A stretch of DNA of 64,000 nucleotides, from the IMG/VR virus record IMGVR_UViG_3300042356_001602; one strand, written 5' to 3'. Source of the DNA: a virus (Duplodnaviria > Caudoviricetes). Numbering within the stretch: the first letter of the stretch is position 1; the number at the start of each line of letters is the position of its first letter. The position numbers and the translations under genes were made by a program. Positions 11,712-21,281 of this stretch are shown piece by piece. The notes under the pieces are model-generated. The model was not told the DNA's origin and searched no databases. It worked only from the letters and a program-made list of their open reading frames with translations.

Positions 11712-11948
11712 TTGGATAAAGACGAAAGAGTATCGGGGTTGTATGCTTGGCTAGCTCTCTTAGCAGCGGTCGCAGCCTACGATGCTTACGCCATTAAGAC
11801 TAAGAAGGTGGAAACACTAACTAGATTTTTTTGGAGATCAACTGAACATCCAACAAAAAGTTTACTTCCTACATCCATTTGGCTTTTAGTAACAGCTCAT
11901 CTATTGATAGAAAAAAATATTAGAAAGAATAAATTCAACCACTCATAG
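11712..11948 (+). CDS. small membrane protein
   Basis: Hydrophobic WLALLAAVAAYDAYA and LLPTSIWLLVTAHLL segments; TTG start inferred downstream of a TTACTAT motif. Confidence 0.55.
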   Translation: MDKDERVSGLYAWLALLAAVAAYDAYAIKTKKVETLTRFFWRSTEHPTKSLLPTSIWLLVTAHLLIEKNIRKNKFNHS

Positions 11949-11974
11949 CACACTAGTGCTAGCAAGCATAAACC

Positions 11975-12044
11975 TGTGATATACTATCGCAGGCGATCTT
12001 ATTGAACTCCCGCCCTATTAATTTTGGGGCGGGATTCGATTTTT
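11975..12044 (+). ncRNA. candidate small RNA: extended -10 promoter + two hairpins + T tract
   Basis: TGTGATATACT, hairpin ATCGC-AG-GCGAT, hairpin TCCCGCCC/GGGCGGGA with ATTAATTT loop, T tract; same layout at 48713-48791. Confidence 0.4.
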
Positions 12045-12089
12045 ATAACCAAGTTTTATATCTTTAGATAAATGTAAAGGGGATTAACC

Positions 12090-12785
12090 ATGTCTATACA
12101 GTCCATAGAAGCGTTGGCCACAGATGGTGCGCTATCTTTTGACATAGCAGAAAAGTATCTAACGATATACTTAGGTGAAGCAGATTGGAAAGAAAAAATA
12201 GGACAACTGTGGACAGTCCAGAAAAAAAAATTAGGCGATGAACAAAAGGCTAAAGACTTTATCAAAAAATCTGTAGCGTGTGCGTGTCTATCGCCCATGA
12301 TAAACAAGTCAGCAATACCAGACGAGAAGCACGTATTGTTATTTTGGGTTGGTGGTTGGCCTCAGTTTAATGAAAGAGATTGGTTTGACCTATTCAAATC
12401 AATAGCCAAAAAAGATTTAGAGATAGAGATAAATAGAAAAATAGTTCTTCAGTCTGGAGTATTTAATCAGATAGATGTTTCTCCATTGACCAGACAAGCT
12501 TTCAATTGGATCTATGAAAGAACAGAAAAGGAATCATTCTCAACAGAAGAAAAGAAGCAACAAGCTTTAGAGAAAGTTAAAAACTTAGTTAGGATATATG
12601 GAGGCGCTATAATCTGTAATGTCTTTACAAATTATCCAATGAATATAGAAAAAGTTTTAAACTGGAGAAGCGGATATTTCATCGAAAAAGAAATATATAA
12701 GGTATACTCTTTGGAGCAAATATTGAAAATCAAAAAAGCAGAACTAAACAAAACTAACCCAAAATATATTACAAGCATTAAATAA
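12090..12785 (+). CDS. hypothetical protein
   Basis: 231-aa ORF with RBS-like purine run; phage-like codon usage. Confidence 0.6.
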   Translation: MSIQSIEALATDGALSFDIAEKYLTIYLGEADWKEKIGQLWTVQKKKLGDEQKAKDFIKKSVACACLSPMINKSAIPDEKHVLLFWVGGWPQFNERDWFDLFKSIAKKDLEIEINRKIVLQSGVFNQIDVSPLTRQAFNWIYERTEKESFSTEEKKQQALEKVKNLVRIYGGAIICNVFTNYPMNIEKVLNWRSGYFIEKEIYKVYSLEQILKIKKAELNKTNPKYITSIK

Positions 12786-12800
12786 CAGGAGAATTGTTCA

Positions 12801-14897
12801 ATGAGCACACCAATCACCACGGAAGATACACAAGTACAGCAACCAACTAAGAATCAGTCTATGTTTATGTTTAAGATAAACGATGATTTTATTGAGGGCT
12901 ATAGGAAGAAGAAGCCACCATTTGGCTACACCGATGCTGCAGGAAATTCTGTTGGTGAAATTACATTTTTACGTACCTACTCTAGATTAAAAGAAGATGG
13001 CACAAAAGAAACTTGGGTTGATGTTTGTGAACGTGTTATTAATGGTATGTATTCGCTTCAAAAAGAACACTGCAAAACCTCACGACTTCCTTGGTCCGAT
13101 ACTCGTGCAGCAGCTTCTGCTAAAGAGGCGTTCGACAGACTTTTTAATTTGAAGTGGACGCCACCAGGTCGTGGTCTTTGGATGATGGGCACTCAAACAG
13201 TTAACGTTCACAAGAACTCAGCCGCTCTTCAGAACTGTGCATTTGTTAGCACTGCGGAAATGTCTAAATTTAATCCAGCAAAACCTTTTACATTCCTAAT
13301 GGAAGCATCGATGCTTGGCGTTGGCGTTGGCTTTGATGATAAGGGTGCAGACAAAGACTTTGCAATCTACGAACCGAATAAACCAACCGTGATTGATGTA
13401 ATTGCAGACGACCGTGAAAGCTGGGCTAGATCTGTTGGTGATTTAATCAATTCATATTTGAAGCAAGATCAAAGCCCTATAGAGTTTGATTACTCATTGA
13501 TTCGACCATTGGGTAGTCCTATTAAAACATTCGGAGGAACAGCTTCTGGTCCAGCTCCTTTATTGAAACTGCACAAAGCTATTAAGAATATATTTGCTGG
13601 ACGTGCAGGAGATAAGCTGACACGTAGAGACATAGCAGACATTGGCAACTTGATTGGCGTATGCGTAGTGTCTGGCAACGTTCGACGTTCAGCTGAACTA
13701 CTGATAGGTAGAATAGATGATCAGGATTTTCTCAACTTAAAAAACTCAGAAGTTTTTCCTGAAAGAAATTCATATGATGCTCAGAATCCTGGTTGGGGAT
13801 GGATGTCCAATAACTCAGTAGAGGTATCAGTAGGACAAGATTTGTCAGCCATAGTTGACGGCATAGCTAGAAATGGTGAGCCCGGTGTTATTTGGATGGA
13901 CATGTCTCGTAAGTATGGACGCCTTGCTGATCCAGTTAACAATAAAGATCACAGAGTCGCCGGGTTCAACCCCTGTGCTGAACAGTCACTTGAGTCATAT
14001 GAATGTTGCACACTTGTAGAGACCTACCTAGGTAGACATGATTCACTAGAAGACTATAAGAGAACTTTAAAGTTCGCTTACCTATACGCAAAAACAGTGA
14101 CACTACTGCCAACACATTGGGAAGAGACCAATGCAATCATGCAACGCAATCGTAGAATAGGTACTTCTATGTCTGGCGTTGCTGACTTTGCTGATACAAA
14201 CGGTATGCCCATTCTGCGTGACTGGATGGATCAAGGCTATAAGACCATTCAGAGATACGATAATGTTTATTCTGAATGGCTAGGCGTACGTGAGTCAATT
14301 AAGATGACAACTGTTAAGCCATCAGGCACAGTGTCTATACTTGCTGGAGAGTCTCCTGGAGTTCACTGGACACCAGGAGGTAAGTACTTCAATAGAACTA
14401 TTAGATTCTCTAACGACGATCCAATGCTTCCATTATTTAAAATGGCTAACTATAGAGTAGAGCCAGCAGCAGAGTCACCAGATACAACTAGTGTTGTTTA
14501 TTTCCCAATTAAATCTAATGCAGTTCGCAGCGAAAAAGATGTAACAATATTTGAAAAAATAGCACTTGCAGCAGCAGCTCAAAGATATTGGTCAGACAAC
14601 TCAGTATCTGTTACGGTATCTTTTAATGCAGAGACAGAAAAGCAGCATGTCGGAACAGTACTGCACATGTATGATGGTCAATTAAAGACAGTGTCATTCT
14701 TGCCTACAGGCAATGATACATACCTGCAGATGCCATACACTCAGATATCAGAAGAAGAGTATAATGAAGAAGGGCTAATGAAGCTATTTCCAATTGATCT
14801 AACAGGAGTCTACGCTGGCATGGCAGCTGACGCAATAGGAGAATCATATTGTACAACCGACGCTTGTGAAGTTAAATTCATCAAGGATAATAGTTGA
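12801..14897 (+). CDS. nrdJ: class II (adenosylcobalamin-dependent) ribonucleotide reductase, monomeric RTPR type
   Basis: PPGRGLW, NCAF, GNVRRSAE, NPCAEQ (thiyl Cys), TVKPSGT, C-terminal CTTDAC redox pair. Confidence 0.95.
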   Translation: MSTPITTEDTQVQQPTKNQSMFMFKINDDFIEGYRKKKPPFGYTDAAGNSVGEITFLRTYSRLKEDGTKETWVDVCERVINGMYSLQKEHCKTSRLPWSDTRAAASAKEAFDRLFNLKWTPPGRGLWMMGTQTVNVHKNSAALQNCAFVSTAEMSKFNPAKPFTFLMEASMLGVGVGFDDKGADKDFAIYEPNKPTVIDVIADDRESWARSVGDLINSYLKQDQSPIEFDYSLIRPLGSPIKTFGGTASGPAPLLKLHKAIKNIFAGRAGDKLTRRDIADIGNLIGVCVVSGNVRRSAELLIGRIDDQDFLNLKNSEVFPERNSYDAQNPGWGWMSNNSVEVSVGQDLSAIVDGIARNGEPGVIWMDMSRKYGRLADPVNNKDHRVAGFNPCAEQSLESYECCTLVETYLGRHDSLEDYKRTLKFAYLYAKTVTLLPTHWEETNAIMQRNRRIGTSMSGVADFADTNGMPILRDWMDQGYKTIQRYDNVYSEWLGVRESIKMTTVKPSGTVSILAGESPGVHWTPGGKYFNRTIRFSNDDPMLPLFKMANYRVEPAAESPDTTSVVYFPIKSNAVRSEKDVTIFEKIALAAAAQRYWSDNSVSVTVSFNAETEKQHVGTVLHMYDGQLKTVSFLPTGNDTYLQMPYTQISEEEYNEEGLMKLFPIDLTGVYAGMAADAIGESYCTTDACEVKFIKDNS

Positions 14898-14907
14898 TAG
14901 GATAAAA

Positions 14908-15267
14908 ATGTCTAAGTATGAAGAAGACGACATTAATAAAATGTTTTCAGAAATTATGTCTTCTAATTCAATAGAAGGTTTGAACGACTCTAAAGACCAA
15001 GAAGTTATCGATATTAAGAACCTTCTATTAGTTCAAGAATCTTTAATGGATGCTTTAATCTGCATTAACTCTATGATCTATAGATTGTATACAGAAAAAG
15101 ATTATACTGTTGCAGAAGATACAGAAAAATATATGGCAGATCTCTATCAGGCTTCTGAGGATTTATTCATACATGTTTCTAAGTCAGATGCTATACTAGA
15201 TGATATGGATTTAGATCTGTTGAATGAAGACGAAGATTATGATGAAGAAGAAGAAGGCGAAAACTAA
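14908..15267 (+). CDS. acidic hypothetical protein
   Basis: D/E-rich C-terminus; start refined to ATG 14908. Confidence 0.6.
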   Translation: MSKYEEDDINKMFSEIMSSNSIEGLNDSKDQEVIDIKNLLLVQESLMDALICINSMIYRLYTEKDYTVAEDTEKYMADLYQASEDLFIHVSKSDAILDDMDLDLLNEDEDYDEEEEGEN

Positions 15268-15969
15268 ATGTCTATTGAGAATAAGACCATTGATGTACTA
15301 GACAAAGGTTACGTAAGACTTGTAGATAAAATGGGTAGCGACTTATCCGTAGTGAATGCTGCTAGAGCATCTTTTGCTAAGGAATCACATGAGATGTCTA
15401 AAAGCGATGCAAGACTTATAGACTTCTTGGCTAGAGAAAACCACATGTCTCCATTTCGTCATGCATTTGTTACCCTGGAGTTTAAAGCTCCATTGATGGT
15501 GGCTCGTCAGCACTGGAAGTACGTCGTTGGATCAGATCATACTATGGATTCTTGGAATGAATCTTCAAGAAGATATATAACGATGGACCCTGAGTTCTAC
15601 ATACCAAAAGTTGAAGAGTGGAGACTAGCTCCAGAGGATAAGAAACAAGGCTCACACGGCCTGGCAGACCCCTTTGTGGGCTCTCTGCTGACAGACACCC
15701 TAGCTAGACACGCAGAGCAGGGTGAGGCCTTGTACAACATGGCTATGGACAATGGGATAGCCCCAGAGCAGGCTAGATTATTCTTGCCAGCATATTCTAT
15801 GTATGTAGTCTATAGATGGTCATGCTCCTTGCAGTCTGTTGTGCTGTTCTTGTCTCAGAGACTTGCAGAAGAGTCTCAGTTTGAGATACAAGAATACGCT
15901 AAAGCCATAAAAGAAATTGTAGAGCCACTATTCCCGATAAGCTTTAAATCTTTGTTGACAGGACATTAA
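15268..15969 (+). CDS. thyX: flavin-dependent thymidylate synthase
   Basis: MGSDLSVVNAARASF, HMSPF, NESSRRY, PEQARLFLP, SQFEIQEYAKA motifs. Confidence 0.92.
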   Translation: MSIENKTIDVLDKGYVRLVDKMGSDLSVVNAARASFAKESHEMSKSDARLIDFLARENHMSPFRHAFVTLEFKAPLMVARQHWKYVVGSDHTMDSWNESSRRYITMDPEFYIPKVEEWRLAPEDKKQGSHGLADPFVGSLLTDTLARHAEQGEALYNMAMDNGIAPEQARLFLPAYSMYVVYRWSCSLQSVVLFLSQRLAEESQFEIQEYAKAIKEIVEPLFPISFKSLLTGH

Positions 15970-15974
15970 CTCAA

Positions 15975-16142
15975 ATGGTAACAAACATAATTATTTCGCT
16001 ACTGTTTGCTATACTGATCAATTGGTCAAACGGCTTACAGTTTGCATCTCACATTGAAAAAAACAATAGAACAAGAATCATAATGTTAAGCGCATCAATT
16101 GTATTATCTTTTGCATGTGGCCTGATATTATCCATAGTCTGA
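15975..16142 (+). CDS. small two-helix membrane protein (55 aa)
   Basis: Hand translation MVTNIIISLLFAILINWS...IMLSASIVLSFACGLILSIV; below ORF-track cutoff. Confidence 0.55.
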   Translation: MVTNIIISLLFAILINWSNGLQFASHIEKNNRTRIIMLSASIVLSFACGLILSIV

Positions 16143-16172
16143 TTGTACTAATAAGAAAGTTTCATAGACACA

Positions 16173-16799
16173 ATGCCAGAACTTAACGCTAATGTACCGA
16201 TGATCGAGTGCTATGTTAGAGGGAACTTCTTGAGAGATCAGTTAGACTCTCATGGTAAATATTTTCCTTGCATGATTTTTGGAGTAACAAGCATTCAAGG
16301 GAGAAGCCCACTATTTCATTTCCTAATGGAGGATGGAGGGATTTGGTGGCGCATGCCTATAAATGCTTTCTGCGAAAGACCAGGAGTTCCTGAAGTTGAT
16401 ATTCACGAACTTGTTCTATGGAACTCTTTTAGTCCTCACATAGCTGTTACTGAATTTCAAGCTATGAGAAATATGAGAATGAAATACGTAAGTAGATCTG
16501 GAGAGTTTGTTGACACAAAGTATCTATTCACTCTTGATTGGCATGCTCCAGATGACAATACTATAAACCTTGGATTTAGCACAAACCCTGGTCAGCACAA
16601 GTGTGGTCACGTCATGCTCAGAGATGATGGCAACTACGCAATACAGCCAAATAATAGAGTCAGATTATTCGATCCATCCTTTACGACTAAGGAAGGAAAT
16701 CTAATTGATAGGTTTGTCAACACTAGAAAATGGGATGTTGAAGATGCAAATAAGTGGAAAACATCTGATGATAATAGATACCATTATGACGTTACCTAA
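16173..16799 (+). CDS. conserved phage hypothetical protein
   Basis: IFGVTSIQGR..LF, WWRMPINAF, HKCGHV...GNYAIQPNNR motifs look like a recurrent phage family (from memory, unverified). Confidence 0.6.
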   Translation: MPELNANVPMIECYVRGNFLRDQLDSHGKYFPCMIFGVTSIQGRSPLFHFLMEDGGIWWRMPINAFCERPGVPEVDIHELVLWNSFSPHIAVTEFQAMRNMRMKYVSRSGEFVDTKYLFTLDWHAPDDNTINLGFSTNPGQHKCGHVMLRDDGNYAIQPNNRVRLFDPSFTTKEGNLIDRFVNTRKWDVEDANKWKTSDDNRYHYDVT

Positions 16800-17268
16800 G
16801 ATATTATATAGGACAAAAGAAAAGAAGTACATGCAATTGTGTATTGAAACAGCTAAGATTTTTTCTACGTGCGCAAAAAAACAGTACGCAGCGGTTTTAA
16901 TAGATGATAATAATCGCATCGTTAGCGTAGGATATAATGGTGGGCCAAGTGGACTTCAGCACTGTAACGATGGTGGATGTCCAAGACTACATGAAAATTC
17001 ACAAGCTGGATCTAATTATGATAACTGCATAGCAATTCACGCAGAACAGAACGCCCTACTTCATTGTGATTATAGTTTAAGTCCAAAAAAGATGTTTGTT
17101 AATGGACCACCATGCTTTACTTGTGCTAAAATGATAGCCAATAGTACGATAGAAGAAGTATACTACTTGGTAAACTCTGAATATAAGGATTGGGATAACG
17201 TTTATAATTTTCTCCAAAAATGTGGAGTATCTTTAACTGGAATAGAAAAATGGCAGCTGGAAAATTAA
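16786..17268 (+). CDS. dCMP deaminase (ComEB-like Zn deaminase)
   Basis: GYNGGP, HAEQNA, PCFTC zinc motifs. Confidence 0.9.
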   Translation: MTLPKILYRTKEKKYMQLCIETAKIFSTCAKKQYAAVLIDDNNRIVSVGYNGGPSGLQHCNDGGCPRLHENSQAGSNYDNCIAIHAEQNALLHCDYSLSPKKMFVNGPPCFTCAKMIANSTIEEVYYLVNSEYKDWDNVYNFLQKCGVSLTGIEKWQLEN

Positions 17269-17486
17269 ATTACATTGTTACATATGAGGGACTAAGCCAA
17301 GTCTTTGGTTGCGCCTCAAAGAAGATTGCACTAGAATCACCACCGCCGGAAGGGTATTCATTAAAGCAAAAGAAAGTTTTATTCATTACATTTGAGCCAG
17401 ACAAAAATAACCTTTGCGTTTATCAAGTGCCAGAAGAAGATGTAATGGGCGCAGAGATCAAGAGTAAGAAACAAAGCGATGAGTAA
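17250..17486 (+). CDS. hypothetical protein
   Basis: Overlap-coupled ORF. Confidence 0.55.
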   Translation: MAAGKLNYIVTYEGLSQVFGCASKKIALESPPPEGYSLKQKKVLFITFEPDKNNLCVYQVPEEDVMGAEIKSKKQSDE

Positions 17487-17718
17487 GAAATTAAATACAA
17501 AGAAAAAAATTAATGTAAAAGTACTTCCAGGGCAAGCAGTATATGTTGCTGACATGGATAGATTTGATCATATAATTTCCATGTATGATTCTATGGCTAA
17601 AGATTCTGTGGACAAAGAAGAGAAAAGATCCTTGCTTCAGATAGCAGATGAAATTAGATTATACGTTAGAGAAACATATTTTAGTCCAGAAGAAGATTAT
17701 GCAGATGAAAAATGGTAA
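17479..17718 (+). CDS. hypothetical protein
   Basis: Overlap-coupled ORF. Confidence 0.55.
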   Translation: MSKKLNTKKKINVKVLPGQAVYVADMDRFDHIISMYDSMAKDSVDKEEKRSLLQIADEIRLYVRETYFSPEEDYADEKW

Positions 17719-17983
17719 GCATACAAAGACAGTTATAGTTTCTTTTTTGATAGGAACTTTATTAGCTAACGTATCATTTAGAAAAAAGTCTTTACAAAAA
17801 GATGAAGTTAACTGGATGCAGTACCTCAATAGGTTGCAGGAATTTTGCCTGTACGATCTAGAGGGTGCTAAACAGGAGTTTATCTGCTTAATAAATTCTG
17901 GGCTAAACTATGAAGAAGCATTTAACTTAACGCTTATTTCTAAAGCTCATAGAGAAATGGTATTAGGAGAAACCCATGATTGA
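17699..17983 (+). CDS. hypothetical protein with N-terminal hydrophobic segment
   Basis: Fills gap between coupled genes; start uncertain. Confidence 0.5.
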   Translation: MQMKNGKHTKTVIVSFLIGTLLANVSFRKKSLQKDEVNWMQYLNRLQEFCLYDLEGAKQEFICLINSGLNYEEAFNLTLISKAHREMVLGETHD

Positions 17984-18791
17984 TTTATGTGTTGTAAATT
18001 ATAATACAAGAAGACTGTTGCAGAGATTTTTGGATACTTTGCACTCAGATGTTTATAATCCAAATGGTGCGCTCGTAAAAAACTGGAACCTTTATATCAT
18101 GGACAATGATTCTACAGATGACTTTGTTCCTTGGCTTAGAAAAAATGAGGAACGCTATCTAATTGATAGAACATTCCTAAGAGAGAACATAGGGTACTCT
18201 TCTGCAATCAACTACATGGCTTCCAACAGTAGCTCAGAAATAGTTGGAGTATTAAACGGTGACGTTTGGATGACCAGCGAAGACTGTTTAAATATAGAAA
18301 AAGCATTTGCTAATAATCCAAACATTCACATACTTGGGCCAAAGCAAAGAGATGAGCATGGTTATATAACTCATGCAGGAATAATCGGTACCAATACGCA
18401 ACCTAAGCATAGAGGATGGCGAGAGCATGATCCGCAAGACTCTCTTTATAAGGATCAGATTGATTGCGTTACAGTATCAGGATCTGCTTATTTTGTAAGA
18501 AGAGATGTATGGGATGATATGACTAATAATAAAAAGTATCGAGAACTATACCCTGATGCAATAGGAGCTTTTTTGCCAACGCCACACTACTATGAAGAAA
18601 CTTGGTGCTCCTACTTTGCAAGATACTTAGGCTACAACGTAGTATATGATGGATCAATATCGATTGGTCATAGCTGGCATGCATCAACGCCAAAGCCAGG
18701 AGAAGGCATCAGTCACGCAGACAAGTACTTCCCTATAAGTAGAGAAATATTTAGAAAAGCATGCGATCACATAGGAATAGAAAGAGATTAA
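17976..18791 (+). CDS. glycosyltransferase family 2
   Basis: VVNYN, DNDSTD, NIGYSSAIN, LNGD, VSGSAYFVRR, YYEET. Confidence 0.88.
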   Translation: MIDLCVVNYNTRRLLQRFLDTLHSDVYNPNGALVKNWNLYIMDNDSTDDFVPWLRKNEERYLIDRTFLRENIGYSSAINYMASNSSSEIVGVLNGDVWMTSEDCLNIEKAFANNPNIHILGPKQRDEHGYITHAGIIGTNTQPKHRGWREHDPQDSLYKDQIDCVTVSGSAYFVRRDVWDDMTNNKKYRELYPDAIGAFLPTPHYYEETWCSYFARYLGYNVVYDGSISIGHSWHASTPKPGEGISHADKYFPISREIFRKACDHIGIERD

Positions 18792-18792
18792 T

Positions 18793-19338
18793 GTGGAAAC
18801 AGAAGTTTGCGATCCAATAGAGTTAATTAATCTTGACGTAAAGAAGTATATGATAAAAGATTTTAATTTTGAAATAATAAATAATCAAATAAAAGAAATT
18901 AGCAATACACGTAGATCCTCAGACATAACAGACAATAGATATCAAGATAGTATTTTCCCTGAAACTGAACAAGGTAATTTACTAAAGTCATTTATTACTG
19001 ACAAAGTCTCTGAAGTATCTGGCAAAATAATGAAGTGCGATGCTATTTGGGCGATTGTACTTAGCTACGGTCAATCAACTATGTATCATAGTCATAAAAG
19101 ACCTAATATGAAAAATTTAAATGATTTTTTATCCATAACATTGTATACTAATGTGCCAGATAATAGTGCAGAGTTAATATTCATTGTAACAGCTTTTAAT
19201 ACATTTGAATATCAAGTTAAAATAAAGCCAGAAGAAGGAATGTTGTTAATTTTTAATTCAGCTATTCCTCACATGACTAGCTTGCACTTAAATAAGGAAG
19301 AAAGAATTGTTATAAGTGCAAACTTTTCTCCGCAATAA
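18793..19338 (+). CDS. 2OG-Fe(II) oxygenase-like protein
   Basis: HSH, LLIFNSAIPH, ERIVISANF pattern. Confidence 0.75.
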   Translation: METEVCDPIELINLDVKKYMIKDFNFEIINNQIKEISNTRRSSDITDNRYQDSIFPETEQGNLLKSFITDKVSEVSGKIMKCDAIWAIVLSYGQSTMYHSHKRPNMKNLNDFLSITLYTNVPDNSAELIFIVTAFNTFEYQVKIKPEEGMLLIFNSAIPHMTSLHLNKEERIVISANFSPQ

Positions 19339-19354
19339 AAAGAAAGAAAATAAA

Positions 19355-19756
19355 ATGAATGAAAAATTAAACCCGTGGATCTATAATGCAGAAGTTAAAA
19401 AAATAGTTGATGGGGATACATTTGATATCCTTATTGACTTAGGATTTGATACCTTTAGAAAAGGTAGAGTAAGACTTTATGGTGTTAATACTCCGGAAAG
19501 CCGTACTAAAAATATTGAAGAAAAGAAAATGGGGCTGGCTGCTAAAGAGTTTACTGATCAATGGATCACAGCTGCAGGTAGCAAAATTAAAATAGAAACA
19601 ATTCTTGATAAAAATGAGAAATACGGAAGAATACTTGCTAAAGTATGGAATGAAGCAGGAGCTTGTCTAAATACAGACATAGTTTCTGCTGGCTTAGCTA
19701 GAGAATACTTTGGTGTAGGCGACAAGACATTCCAGGAATTCAAGAAAGAAAAATAA
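19355..19756 (+). CDS. thermonuclease (staphylococcal nuclease-like)
   Basis: IVDGDTFD, RVRLYGVNTPES, KYGRILA. Confidence 0.9.
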   Translation: MNEKLNPWIYNAEVKKIVDGDTFDILIDLGFDTFRKGRVRLYGVNTPESRTKNIEEKKMGLAAKEFTDQWITAAGSKIKIETILDKNEKYGRILAKVWNEAGACLNTDIVSAGLAREYFGVGDKTFQEFKKEK

Positions 19757-20160
19757 TGCAAACATTTTTACCATATCCTGATTTTGTGCAATCAGTAAAG
19801 GTTTTAGACTACCGTCGGTTGGGCAAACAAAGAGTAGAAACATTCCAGGTCCTTAACATATTGATGGAAAGAACTCCCACTAAGGGTTGGCGCAATCATC
19901 CAGTTACAAGAATGTGGACTGGATATGAAGAAGCTTTAAAGTTGTATCAAAACTATACTATTCTTGAATGGATAGATAGAGGTTATAAAAATAATATGAA
20001 GTTTGAAGACGTAGATCATTCTTCAATAATATACCCTTCTTGGTTTGGCGAAGATGTATTTCATAGATCTCATAGATCTAATCTTCTTAGAAAAGATTAT
20101 GAATATTACTCTGAATATTTTGACGAGCCATCAAACCTAGAGTACCATTGGCCAGTATGA
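19756..20160 (+). CDS. pyrimidine-dimer DNA glycosylase / endonuclease V-like
   Basis: MQTFLPY..F, LD.RRLGKQRVE, HPVTRMW.GY, HRSHRSNLLRK. Confidence 0.85.
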   Translation: MQTFLPYPDFVQSVKVLDYRRLGKQRVETFQVLNILMERTPTKGWRNHPVTRMWTGYEEALKLYQNYTILEWIDRGYKNNMKFEDVDHSSIIYPSWFGEDVFHRSHRSNLLRKDYEYYSEYFDEPSNLEYHWPV

Positions 20161-20561
20161 GTATTACAGTGTATTTGGCAGGTGCCATGGATTATGTTGG
20201 CGATTATGCAAAAGGGTGGAGAAAAGAAGCGACCTTTATGTTGTCTCAGCGTGGGTACAAAGTGCTGGATCCAACCTCCATACCTGAAGCCAACAACATG
20301 TGTCCGGAAGAAATCGTGCAAAAAAATCTTTTCATGCAGAAGAAGTCTGATATACTTTTGGTTGAGTATATGTTAGAAGATCGTGCGTACATAGGAACTG
20401 ACTACGAAATGGCCTGGGCTAAAATGCATGATCAGCCAACGATAGTAATGTGTTCTAATCAAAATAAAGATCGCCCATACATGAAGTATATGTCAACTAA
20501 AATTTTAGAAAACATAGAAGATGCCATAGAATATATAACTATTCATTATCCAATTAATTAG
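20157..20561 (+). CDS. nucleoside 2-deoxyribosyltransferase-like protein
   Basis: VYLAGAM, VLDP, SDILLV, GTDYEMAWA. Confidence 0.82.
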   Translation: MSITVYLAGAMDYVGDYAKGWRKEATFMLSQRGYKVLDPTSIPEANNMCPEEIVQKNLFMQKKSDILLVEYMLEDRAYIGTDYEMAWAKMHDQPTIVMCSNQNKDRPYMKYMSTKILENIEDAIEYITIHYPIN

Positions 20562-20570
20562 GGTACAAAT

Positions 20571-21281
20571 ATGAAAAAATATTTAGCTCCTGATTCCGGT
20601 GGATGGTCTAAAATTAATAGAGCATGGGTTGAGACCACTGATGATCTCTATATAGATAACATAGATTTTCAAGTTAGAAAAGAAGGTTTTTTTAAAGTTA
20701 CTGTTGACGGTTTTCCAAGACAAGGCAATAGATATCTTAGAAGAAAGATCCTTTTAGCTTTTTCCCAAGCAGCTATGCCATTTCCCTTGTGTCATAAGGA
20801 AGTTGCTTTTAAAGAGGCAATTAGTGATAATCATTTTGTTTTTTCTACTTTTAGAGATCCTTTAAAATCAGTCAGTTCTTATATATCTGAATTTATCCAT
20901 CACAATAATGTAAACGGAATTTTAAATCCTTTAAAGGATTATATCTATACTGAAGATGATTATCTTTATATAGAAAAATGTTTTTTATTCTATATTAGAA
21001 TGACAGATTTTATATACAATAATATTGATGATATCTTTGTTGTTCCGTTTGATTCTATTGCCGGCGATAACAATAATTCTTTAACAAAGTCCATTGCTAA
21101 GTTATTACCTGCTACAGAATATGTAGATCCTCATGAAGTAGAGCCTCATTCTAGCCGTGATATCAAAATGCAAGAATATCTTATGACCTCTAGGTTTGAT
21201 GATATAATGCAACTAGCTTATAACTCCTATGATAGAGTTATAGGATTGTCTACTACTAAAAAAGATAGGTTTATCTTATGA
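20571..21281 (+). CDS. sulfotransferase-like protein
   Basis: GFPRQGNRYL (5'-PSB-like) and FRDPLKSVSS (3'-PB-like); adjacent to APS kinase. Confidence 0.65.
   Translation: MKKYLAPDSGGWSKINRAWVETTDDLYIDNIDFQVRKEGFFKVTVDGFPRQGNRYLRRKILLAFSQAAMPFPLCHKEVAFKEAISDNHFVFSTFRDPLKSVSSYISEFIHHNNVNGILNPLKDYIYTEDDYLYIEKCFLFYIRMTDFIYNNIDDIFVVPFDSIAGDNNNSLTKSIAKLLPATEYVDPHEVEPHSSRDIKMQEYLMTSRFDDIMQLAYNSYDRVIGLSTTKKDRFIL

Noticed and set aside
19816-19818. Global reassignment of CGG from Arg to another amino acid
   Set aside because: This CGG lies in the conserved RRLGKQRVE motif as Arg; the other sites need a frame change, not a substitution.
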